Below are positions 1 to 10,100 of a stretch of 55,560 nucleotides of DNA, in pieces. Within the stretch, counting starts at the first letter, position 1. Every line of letters starts with the position of its first letter. The DNA comes from Callorhinchus milii (taxonomy: Eukaryota). Below the pieces are notes generated by a model that had not been told where the DNA came from, ran no database searches, and saw nothing but the letters and a program-made list of their open reading frames with translations. Made by a program: the position numbers and the translations under genes. The DNA is taken from NCBI RefSeq assembly GCF_018977255.1, contig NW_024705303.1, positions 1-55,560 on the forward strand, written 5' to 3'.

Positions 1-28
1 GAGTTCAGGAGAGCATTGAGAAGGGACC
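1..28 (+). CDS. SMYD2: Probable 3' end of a SMYD2 coding exon (truncated by the window edge)
   Basis: Frame 1 reads EFRRALRRD plus 1 nt, matching human SMYD2 EFRRAKHYK-(S) as recalled. Joining nt 28 to the exon at 3866 restores the frame with no indel. The match is short and needs a non-GT donor (ATATTC at 29). Confidence 0.5.
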
Positions 29-298
29 ATATTCATGAAGGAATGAGGAAGGTGGACCCACAAAATATTAAACATTTAATTATATTTGTACATTCTTATG
101 CATATCTATTTTTAATAAGTGCATATACAATATACAGGGGTACACTACGTTTGACGGGCATATGACTAGTGGTGGAGGACAGTGTGGATACCCGACCTCT
201 ACCAACAATGTGGCTGGCGTGGAAGAGTAGGCCAAATTACCAGAGGGGATTCCATAGGTCTCTCTGCAATGGATACCTGCCATAAGTCGCATGGGCGA

Positions 299-396
299 AT
301 AATTATACAATTATAATTATACAATTATACAATTATAATTATATAATTATAATTATACAGTTATTATTATACAATGATAATTATACAGTTATAATT
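299..396. repeat. AT-rich degenerate microsatellite (AATTAT / AATTATAC units)
   Basis: Directly visible tandem aattatac/aattat units. Confidence 0.9.
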
Positions 397-1189
397 CTAC
401 TTTTACATTCATAAAACATTCCACTCAAAAATGATGAAAATAAGAATGAAGAACGATGCTGCTCGCATCTGTCGGGATTTTTGTAGCGGGAACTTCTGGG
501 TGACTGGGTTCAAGGATTACAAAAAAAACTCCTTTTATGAAACAAAACTCTCCATAAACACCGCGCGCACACACACACCTGACTGTGCACACGGGCTTCT
601 ACTGGGGCCACACGTGTGTGGAATTACTCGTGGAATTCTTGCAGTTTTTCACCTTTTAAGAAGATATATATTTTACAATTTTGTTTGATTTTTTTGGGGG
701 GGATTTCTATTTTTCTGTGTTGTTCAAGCCACCCTATAGGATGCAGACTGCTGTGGAAGGCTTTGCCATCTGTAATTTATGGCCACATTGAAATAATACT
801 TGGCAGGTGCTAAAGTTTAGGAAATACTGAAATGGTACCCCATTGCATAAATCAAGAATAAAATGTGCGTGGTATTTGAGCAGAGGCACTGGCCACAATT
901 TTGCCCAAAGTCTTGAAATACAAACACAGCATTTAGAAGCATATGTTCTGGCAGGTAGCTATGTATTCTTGATGAATTACCAAACAGGAGAAATAGAGAA
1001 GTTCCGTGGTTGTTTGTTTTTAAATAGTAAACCGCATGTCAATTGGTCGTGACCGTCCGTCCATCCTTTCCAGCCAGCCAGCAAAACTTATTTCAATCTT
1101 TTATACAGCCCTGTATCCTCTCCTCCTTTCTATTGCCTTCTCTGCACTGGAAACACTGCATCTCCATGTACTCTATGAATCGCTTTGTC

Positions 1190-1560
1190 TTCGTTCCTCT
1201 CTTCCTCTGGTCCATCCTCTACCTCGACCTCTGCATTCCTCTCCTGCCTCCCCAGGATCTCTCCCACTTCCCTCCCCGTCTCTCTCCCTGCTTCTCTCTC
1301 TCGCCTCTCACCCTCAATCTCCTTATTCCCACCTCTCCCTTTCCCATCTCAATCTCTTTCGCCTCTCCCCAAGACTCCCTCCCACTGCCTGTCACTTTCC
1401 TTTGCTCTCCTCTACCCGTTTGGCTCTCTCTTTCCTCTCCGTTTCATGCCCTCTCACTCTCTCCCAGCCCTCCTTCTCTCCGTCCCTCTCCGCCTCTATC
1501 TCTCTGCCTCTATCTCCCTGATCTATCTCCCTGATCTATCTCCCTGATCTATCTCTCTGC
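1190..1560. repeat. CT-rich low-complexity tract ending in a 13-bp tandem repeat (CTATCTCCCTGAT x3, 1510-1548)
   Basis: Strongly polypyrimidine + strand; three exact 13-bp units followed by a degenerate one. Confidence 0.9.
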
Positions 1561-1766
1561 TCCATGTGCGTGCACTCAATCCGTGGTCGGGGTGGAGGGG
1601 CGCAATGACGTCAGTGCGGCGCACGGACCGGGCTCGATGCGGGTTGACGTCACCACCGAGCAGCCACACGACCCCACGTGACACGCAGGCAGACAGGAAT
1701 CCAACCAGAAAAACATTTTCTAATATAATATGAATTGTGAATGGCCATTGTGTGTGTGTCCTTGTA

Positions 1767-1876
1767 ACACAACAGGCGGACACAACAGGCGGACACAACA
1801 CAACAGGCGCACACAACACAACAGGCGGACACAGCACAACAGGCGGACACAACAGGCGGACACAACACAACAGGCG
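1767..1876. repeat. Minisatellite with ACACAACAGGCGG core (13/18-bp units, about 7 copies)
   Basis: Directly visible tandem units. Confidence 0.9.
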
Positions 1877-2278
1877 AAGGCTCAATGTAGACACGGCGCT
1901 CTGCATTGATTCGCGTTTTTTTCGTAACTTTCAGCTGCCAATGTCTGAACAGATCTTTGGTTTATGAGCACTCGTTATGGTAAGCAGGATGATGCATTGT
2001 ATTGGCTAATTAAAACCCATTAGCCACAAGTGTCATAAATGAAGCGCTGACAACCGGTGAAACGACACATTAACACAAAGAGAATAATTTTTGCTGTTTT
2101 TTATTTGCTTCCTTTTTAATGGATTTCATGAATGGAATTTATAATTGCAACTCTACGAGTGGCTCTTAAATTGATGGACCGTTTTTTGCATTACCAGCAT
2201 CTCACACTATGTTGTGTATTTTATTTGTGTTTAGTGTCGGGACAGGCAACTTGGTTAGGCTTTGACGAGGCTGCCCGT

Positions 2279-2308
2279 GCCCCCTGAGGCCCCCTGAGGC
2301 CCCCTGAG
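2279..2308. repeat. 10-bp tandem repeat GCCCCCTGAG x3
   Basis: Directly visible. Confidence 0.85.
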
Positions 2309-3379
2309 CATCCCCATTCGCAGCTTTGCCAACCACGGCAGTTTCCGGGAAGGTAGTCCCCGCGGTTGGCAAGGGAACGTCACGTCGGACAAGTTCACCG
2401 CGCGCGGTGCGGTCACTCCACGGGCTGGCAGTGAATTTAATAAGGTCCCAGCACGTGAGCTAAACGTCTTCGGGAACTGAATTCAGTAAGCTTCCCGATA
2501 CTTGGACTGAAACGTCGGGCATCACACTGAACAACACGCAGTGCAACCCAAAAGAACACATCAGAGCTATCTTACAATTATTTTTATTGCATTCACATCA
2601 CTTGGCATGAGGGTCATACAACACTGTTACGTGGTCATATCTGACCGGCAGTGCCACTGACACCGCTATTGAGATAGGGCCTTCAGCCAACAGGGGCTCT
2701 GATGGTTTCATGGTGCGCGTCATTCAAAACCCAGACAGCACCCTCTGCTGCCGACATGAGTACATTTCAGCAAGTGTGTGCTTCCAAGCTGTTTCATCGC
2801 AGGGTTTTGTCGCCCACACGAATTACGAGCGGATTTACGGCTCCAGAAACTAAACATTGGCGAGTAACGATTTACGCCCCTCAAACGCAACAAAAAAATC
2901 ACGAGTAATTTCAATTAAATAACCGATTCTCGTTTTGTGCGGGGTTTACTCCGTCGTTTGTATGCTGCGAACTCATTCTTGTTCTGTTGGCATGAAGGAA
3001 GATAAGCCTATTATCGTCAAAAGATCTAATCAATTCTCGGAAGCGGGGAGAACTACATTCTTATGCATCGTCTTGAGTGGGTATTATTACATTTCTGGCG
3101 AAAAAAAAACCGAAACCTTCATCCTGGGAAGACGTATAATTTTTTTAAGACCGCTACTTCAACAACAGAAGGATCCTGGAGAACCAGGACAAGTGGCAAC
3201 CCGAGTAAGAGTCACGGTCAAGAGACTAAGCAATATAAACAAGAAGTGCACTGGGCGATGTCTGAATTAAATTTTTCCACCAATTTTTTTCTTTTTATTT
3301 TACCAGGTAAGGCCCACTGAGCTATTTCGCTCTTTTTCAGAAGCGACCTGGCCACAAATGACAGCCCAATGAAGTAATA

Positions 3380-3530
3380 ATTATTAACATTTATTTGTAA
3401 GGCACCGAACGTGTCAAGGCGCCTTGTAAGAATAATGATAGGCCAAGAGAGACAGAGAAGCTAAATAGAATAAACCGACTTACAAAGATGTGGTTTCAAG
3501 ACGAGACTTTAAAGTGTCCACATTGTCGGA
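3380..3530 (-). mobile_element. Degenerate 3' end of an L2/CR1-like LINE
   Basis: Minus strand reads TLKSRLETTSL*, resembling the FKSRLKTHLF end of L2 ORF2, followed by an AATAAA and (TAA)n-like tail. Confidence 0.45.
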
Positions 3531-3639
3531 TAAACACATTTACAACGGGCGCGAATTCACACAACCGTGGCGCAGACACAGCAAATGCCTGCTCACTCCA
3601 GCAAGTGGCTTATCATGTGGACATGCATAGCAACCAACT

Positions 3640-3820
3640 ACTCCAAAACGCACGTTGATTCTAAATGTGGAGGGAAAAACGGAGGACATGGAGAAAAATC
3701 CACGCAACCACGGGGAAAACATGAAAACTCTAAATAGACACGCGCTTCAGGGTCGGGATCGACCCCACGACCTCCTGTCGACCTCGTGAAGTAGTTAACA
3801 TCACCACCTCGCCACCGTGG
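3640..3820 (-). mobile_element. V-SINE-like (HE1/Mermaid-type) tRNA-derived SINE remnant
   Basis: The + strand tgtggagggaaaaacggaggacatggagaaaaatccacgcaaccacggggaaaacatgaaaactc resembles the reverse V-domain. gggatcgacccc and accacctcgccaccgtg are the reversed B and A boxes of a tRNA head. Confidence 0.7.
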
Positions 3821-3865
3821 CCTGCCCTGTGAGTGGACTTGAACCTTGACGGGCCGGGTCCTCAG

Positions 3866-4040
3866 CTGGCACGGAGCTGCTCGAGATGTGCGAGCAGTGC
3901 CTGGAGAAGCAGCGCAGCGTCCTGTCGGAGAGCAACGTGTACCTGCTCCACATGGCCTACCAGGCCATGGGCGTCTGTCTCTTCGTCGAGCAGTGGGAGA
4001 GGGCACTGGACTACGGCCTGCAGGTCATCAAGCCGTACTG
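3866..4040 (+). CDS. SMYD2: SMYD2 N-lysine methyltransferase, internal exon (C-terminal TPR-like domain), 175 bp
   Basis: Translates GTELLEMCEQCLEKQRSVLSESNVYLLHMAYQAMGVCLFVEQWERALDYGLQVIKPY, versus recalled human SELLEICELSQEKMSSVFEDSNVYMLHMMYQAMGVCLYMQDWEGALQYGQKIIKPY. Bounded by ctcag| and |gtgagc. Confidence 0.95.
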
Positions 4041-4145
4041 GTGAGCTACGGAGACACCCATATTCAATTCGGGACAATTCGCTTCCGTTAGCAGGGCTAC
4101 ACTTTGGGTTATTCGTTTCTTTAGAACTGCGTTTAGTTCGTTCCC

Positions 4146-4205
4146 TCGCACCTACCATTAGCACGGTTGGCTACGTACGGTACGAAAGAAGTTCAACATG
4201 CATAC
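4146..4205. repeat. Dispersed repeat, copy 1 (copy 2 at 6737-6795)
   Basis: tcgcacctaccattagcacggttggct versus tcgcacctccgattagcacggttggct, with continued weaker similarity downstream. Confidence 0.75.
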
Positions 4206-4871
4206 ATACAAAATAGTTTGAACGTACACTAAAAAAGGTCAACATACACACACACTCCGTCGGCCGTCTTGAGACGCCCGCCGCAATAGCCGTCTGGCCT
4301 CCAGGAGAGTAACCAGGCGCTTGGCAAGCTGGCGGTGTCCGACTCGCAAATGGTTCCAACAGGTACCGGTTACATCACAGGTCCACGGTGACTGGTTATT
4401 TACGAATGATATTAACTGCTGCTGCCGCCATGCTATATCGAGTGCCTTATTTAACAGGTTTCACTTTGACTTTGAGAAACAGCATTTTGTCGGTGCACCA
4501 ATGATACCCAGTAGCGATGGCTCTGTACATCACGGAGCTTGAAGGCTGGTGTGCTATTGGCTAGAAAGAATGCCTTTCCCAGGTGCCCTCAGACATAGGG
4601 TGGTCATATTCAAACTATTGTCAAACATCTTTTAGGTTTCTCTGTGAAGGTAGGACCGCTGTAGGTATTGCTATTTCCATGGGTTGCACAATGAACATTT
4701 GAAGTGAAAGGTGGCGGTGTGGAATGCGAGGCGGGTGATTGACGTCGGCGGGAGTGGTGCGTAGCTCGAGTCTTATAGAGATTGCACGCGAGCCGCACAA
4801 TTAACAAGTCACCCATGTACACCTTCATTTAGCCGTGAGGAATTGTGTTACTCTCTTACCGCTCTCCACAG

Positions 4872-4980
4872 TAAACTGTACCCACGTCTCTCGCTGAACG
4901 TGGCCTCGTTATGGCTCAAGATTGCCCAACTTCAGAGCAACCTGGATCACACAAGTGCAGCAGCCAAGTCCTTCAGCAAG
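4872..4980 (+). CDS. SMYD2: SMYD2 penultimate coding exon, 109 bp
   Basis: Translates KLYPRLSLNVASLWLKIAQLQSNLDHTSAAAKSFSK, versus recalled human KHYPLYSLNVASMWLKLGRLYMGLEHKAAGEKALKK. Acceptor ctccacag| is phase-compatible with the previous exon; donor is AAG|GCAAGG. Confidence 0.92.
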
Positions 4981-5567
4981 GCAAGGTTGCCACGTGCAGA
5001 CATCATTCGCGACAATGTGAAACACATTGTAAAGGTGCAGCTCTGCAATTGCTTGCTCACACCACTGCTGGTGAAATGGTCTCCACTAAAGATAACTCGG
5101 AGAGTCTCTCTCGCAGATAATTGGCCTAACCTTTCACACTGGCCAGACATTCTGTAAATGGTGGGAGTACCCACACGATACAATGAGCCCGCTCACTTTG
5201 AAATGTTGTTTACAACTATGCTGTTTTAAAGATATATGGCTTGGATTAAATTTTGTATTGACCCTATAGCATTTTTCGTGCAAAAAAACTCAAATTGGCT
5301 CGTGTGCTATTGCACACATTTCCTTAATCGGTGGATCTAATCCACAGATAGATTCAGTTTACACGAATGTTCATGCAAGCTCACCAAGGCCTTTATGGGA
5401 AGTATCATGACATTTTTAACAGCACGTATGAAGGCAGAGCAGCTACAGTGATACGTCATGATCTACATTTGGTGTGGTTATATTTGTAAAAAAAACACGC
5501 ACAAATTTGGTCATGCATTTTCTACATTATAAAGATAGTTTGAAATGTGAAAATAACATTATTCTAG

Positions 5568-5740
5568 GAATAGGTTTTCCCCTTTTTTCTGGCAACAAAA
5601 CAGGTGTTAAGATGTTAAAACACATTAACACCGGATTTGGAGCTTTCGTGACTGCAGGAATTACTTTGTGGTTATTTCGTTAAAGTCGCGTAGAAAGAGA
5701 ATACATGTTTTGTTGCCAGAAAAAAGGGGAAAACCTATTC
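5568..5740. mobile_element. MITE-like element with perfect 35-bp inverted repeats (5568-5602 / 5706-5740)
   Basis: gaataggttttccccttttttctggcaacaaaaca and its exact reverse complement. No clear target-site duplication, so the inverted repeat is certain but the MITE call is inferred. Confidence 0.65.
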
Positions 5741-5933
5741 TCATATTTTGGTACTGGCAAAGGATGTCCCATGATGTAACATTCTCTTGACCCACTCTTA
5801 GTAACGATGTGCAATTGCATGCCCTTAATGTACATAAAGCGATCGAACATATTTTGATTCTTTCGGTAAAGTCACGTAGATAGAAAAATAATCAAAAATA
5901 AAGGGAAAAACATATTTTTTTTAAACCACTGTC

Positions 5934-6090
5934 GACTGTAGCCTGGTTCCTAATCAGAGTGAGTGGCAATCTATAATGGAGACTGCAGCCTGGTTAAGTT
6001 AGGTGAGTGTAGTAGCAGTCTATAATATAGACTGTAGCAATGGTTATTAAGCTGGGTGAGTGTACTGGCAGTCTATAATGTAGACTAGCC
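5934..6090. repeat. Degenerate ~50-bp tandem repeat, about 3 copies
   Basis: Recurring gactgtagcctggtt...ggtgagtgta..gcagtctataat units. Confidence 0.8.
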
Positions 6091-6192
6091 TTTGACCATG
6101 ACAATGATGTCACAAAGTTGGACAAAGTTGGCCCGAGTCTGACAACTGCTGTTAAAAACGATTGTGTCCTGTGCATATACTGTTCATCACAG

Positions 6193-6288
6193 GCTCTGGC
6201 GATAATGGAAGTCACCCATGGCAAAGATCATCCATTCATCGAGGAGCTGAGAACAGCCGTGAAATCCAAGAAGAGCAACACTTCATAG
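6193..6288 (+). CDS. SMYD2: SMYD2 terminal coding exon with stop codon
   Basis: Translates ALAIMEVTHGKDHPFIEELRTAVKSKKSNTS*, versus recalled human AIAIMEVAHGKDHPYISEIKQEIESH*. Acceptor catcacag|; TAG at 6286-6288. Confidence 0.95.
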   Translation, partial: ALAIMEVTHGKDHPFIEELRTAVKSKKSNTS

Positions 6289-6590
6289 CACTATCATCTT
6301 CTTCACTATCATCGTTGCGCAATTATCAGAGCTGGGGAGATTTGACTACCTTTTTTGGTCGATTTCATAAAAATGGCGGCCACTCTCACATGGTGCCTCT
6401 CGAAAGCTGGAAACCCCCAACAAGCCACGCCCAGCGAGACGCGGCTGACGATGGCATCACCAGTGGAAGCCCATCATCTCCCATGCAGCAACACGTGATA
6501 ACAGTTTGTTCCGCCCCCCCCCCCAAACTATTTCGGAGCTATTCGAGGAATCTAATAATTCTAATTCATCACACCAATATACGGTAGCAT

Positions 6591-6596
6591 AATAAA
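6591..6596 (+). promoter_or_regulatory. Candidate SMYD2 proximal polyadenylation signal
   Basis: First AATAAA I see downstream of the SMYD2 stop; motif evidence only. Confidence 0.45.
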
Positions 6597-6736
6597 TTAC
6601 TCAAACAGATATCCCAAGCTCTATTATTAATCCTAAGATAATCGCTTTACATGGCAGTTGCATGTATAGTTTCCTCATGGTATTTTGATGTAGAAGTGAT
6701 CGAGCTATGCTTGGCAAGTGGAAGGTAATGGACTAA

Positions 6737-6795
6737 TCGCACCTCCGATTAGCACGGTTGGCTCCACACGCTGCAAAATAAGTTCGACGCACACA
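6737..6795. repeat. Dispersed repeat, copy 2 (copy 1 at 4146-4205)
   Basis: Direct similarity to 4146-4205. Confidence 0.75.
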
Positions 6796-7095
6796 CCATT
6801 AATCTAATTCAACTCCATTTTTTTGAACTGGGTGTTTAATCGAAGCATTGCCATGCTCCTTCCGATTGAGGTCCTGCTGTGGGAAGCATTCATCTCACGT
6901 AACTGGTGCATTCCTTGTTCTTTTAAAAACACAAGACATGTCCAATGTGCAACTTTCATATTTCATCAGAGTGGATTTACACAGAAGTGTATGGGTGCAT
7001 CAATTTTGAGACTGCCCACAGGAAAACAAATGTTTTGCTCATATCACCGACTTTACAAAGGATAGTTTGTGGATTAAATTCTTGCCAGCTCGTCG

Positions 7096-7101
7096 AATAA
7101 A
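7096..7101 (+). promoter_or_regulatory. Candidate SMYD2 distal polyadenylation signal
   Basis: AATAAA followed by T-rich sequence; motif evidence only. Confidence 0.4.
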
Positions 7102-7159
7102 CATTGATATTTAAAAAAGTCAGATTACTCTGCAGTTTTTTTCTTCTCCAATTCCTAAC

Positions 7160-10100
7160 AAGTTACACACGGACGTTTATTGTTAATAATTGTATTTATA
7201 AGTTACGTACTTATTTAGGAAGGAGACACCGAGTCACAAGGGGGCAACAACATCCCTGTACAGATGGAAACAGCTGGCGATCGGTACACTTGCTGTACTG
7301 GCTTCTCCTGGCGAGCAAGCGTTAGGCACCTCGTCGCCCACGGGAAGGGAGTTTCACAACATGTGTGCGATCCAACCTCGCTGCCTGCACAGCGCTTTGA
7401 TTAGAGGCGTGCGTATTCAAGTCCATGTCAGGCAAAAATGATGACAGAAAGTCGAGAAAATTCCGCTTATGCTGTCAAACTAAATTAAAAGGCACAATCA
7501 AGCCATTCCACGGACGTAAGAAAAGAGGCACACATTGTTGATGAATAGTGTTTTTTTTGCAAGATGGTTAAGCTCCAAATTTAAAAACATATCATTGTAC
7601 GCATAGGGAGATAACAACCAATAACAAATGCAGTAAATAAGTTATATTACAACGAAAGCAATACTCATAACACGACATGATCACGTGTAAGTGCCGTAGC
7701 TTGAATGGTAGATGCTATATCACAGCATGGCCTAAAAGTAATGTCCATGCACAAAAAATACATTTTGTTCAACAGCAACACGTGTGGGCTATAATGAGTA
7801 CAGATGCTGCTGGCCTTCGATGAGGATGATTTGCAACACACCATATACAGTACTGATGATACATATGTACACGTGTTATAATGCGTCCCTTAAGATTGGG
7901 TGTTTAATAACTTTTTTCATGTCAACCCTCTTCGAGTCAAGTTGTCCCTTGCTACCCCTGAACAAACGGAAATGAAGATCTTGGCAAGTTTCCCTCTCCT
8001 AGTACAGGACACCGATACATTGAGCATTTGGACAGTGCTCACCGATACTACCCAGTCTTAACAGGAGACGCATAATTGCTGTTAAAGGAGAGTTCATCTC
8101 GTCAATTGTGTCTTGTAATTTACACATTTCAAATGTACCATATGGCCTATTGTCTGTACCAGTATTGTGTGTACCTGTTTTTGATCATTCCATTTTGTGT
8201 AGCGGGGAAGGCAGGCTATGACCAAGGCAAACATGAGTGACACAAAAGCGTCTGAGTACATCCAAACATGATAAAGGAATGTGCATACAGCAACAATATA
8301 CCAAGACACACGGTCAAGTTGAAAGGTATCAGAGGGGCCCATTCCCAGACTCCGTTTAGACCCAGCAAATGATCTAAGAACACTTCATATTTCATTTTTT
8401 AAAATGCAACATCCAACCTGCCCAAGTTATTCACAAGATGCTGGATTATTCGATACGCTTTCATTACGTTGATTGGCTTCACTGGACGTGGAAGCTTTAA
8501 AAATCGAGCGAGGACCACTTCACTGGGTTTACATGGAGCTGAGGTACAACAATGAGTGGCAGCATTGTAGACTGCCTTATGGCACAACAATTAGCTAGGG
8601 GCAGTATTGTTGTGCTCTCTGAACATATATGCACCAAATTAATTTTCATTATGCGCTGACCACTTATCCATTTCCACAACATTTGGATGTTAGAACACCA
8701 TCCAAAATCAGATGTCCATCTTGTAGACCATCTAATTTGACATTCGCGTCTGAAGAAGCCACCTTGAACCTGCTATTGCACTTCCCGCCACGTCGCGTCA
8801 GGCCCGTGGCATGCCCTCTGAAATGTCCTCAATTTGAAAAACTTAAAACGGGCAACAGATCAACACATTGGAAACACACAACCACGTTTTTGCACAACCT
8901 TTTGATGTTGTCTGTGTAAGACAGTTTTTCAATGTTTACCTTGTTCAACCAGTTTAGAATTTTTTTTACATATATTAGTTAAAACTAAAAGCATGCACAA
9001 TCATTAATGTTCACTGTTGAGTAATTATGACTGATCGGGTCTACTTAGTGTCACCTTTATGAAATCGGTTGTCCATGCCAAGCATATTCATCCATTGCTT
9101 GCTGGCAGGATCATTTTGGAGGTTTTGCTCAAAGCACACAGGTCCTTTACATTAACCTAAACACGTAAATGGTGTTTGTTACTTGTTATACAGCATGGCG
9201 TGACACAAATGTATATGGGATAGACGCCCACAACTGCATGAGAAATAAACCGGTTATCCTGCAAAATGTTACGGTTGTCCAGATTGACAACCAGAATTTA
9301 AAAAAATATTATACAAAAACTATATTTATGTATAACCTGCTGGAATAAACATAAAAGGCAAGTACATAAAATGATAATTCTCGTAAAAGTGCACAAAATC
9401 TGTTAAAACATAAAACAAAGATCCTATGTACAATATTATTTCCACTGCTTTTTTACATTTGCCTAAAATCTTACCCTATGGGAATAGAGGAGTGAGGGGG
9501 GGGGGCAACAGAGGTGAGGTACGACGATAAGACATAATTTTTTAAAGGACAACCATTTCCCAGGTTACAGATATCCAGGTGCCACTGTCCACTGGACAGG
9601 TAATCTGATATTTTAATCATTCGGTCATAACATTTATTGACATTGAGCAACAGTGTTTTATTTGCCAATACGCACTGTGGGAAAGTCGGCCATGGTCCGT
9701 ACATAACATTCTGGTGAAGCAAATCAGACAAGGAACTATCTGGACAATGCATTCCATCCAGCCCACAAATTCAACTTTTCTCATGGTCACTGCACACACA
9801 TTTCACAACAAATCTCTACTTCCGAAAGCTGACAGTTTCTGATGAATATCATACTCATTTCAGACAATGAATGAAACCTTGACGATATCATGATGAACTG
9901 GTGTGAGGAATAACATAAAGCAATATGTATGTTGGTCAACATTTTAGTTGCTTTTTTAAGTACTGCTGGACAGTGGCTAGAAATGTTTTGACACTAAATA
10001 TATATATAAAATTATCGGTGAATTAAATTACGAAATATTGTACATTCACCTGAGCTGTGACCAGCCAAAATACTCTAAAATACATCGAGAATTAATGCGA

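Noticed and set aside
52..57. Canonical GT donor (AAG|GTGGAC) for the first SMYD2 exon
   Set aside because: Phase 0, incompatible with the phase-1 acceptor at 3865, and it would insert residues absent from the homologue.
1113..1119. GTATCCT, a better match to the U12 donor consensus
   Set aside because: The upstream sequence does not translate to anything SMYD2-like in the required frame.
1036..1906. ORFs of 120-163 aa rich in Ser/Pro/Leu or Cys/Val
   Set aside because: By-products of the CT-rich tract and minisatellite; no protein similarity.
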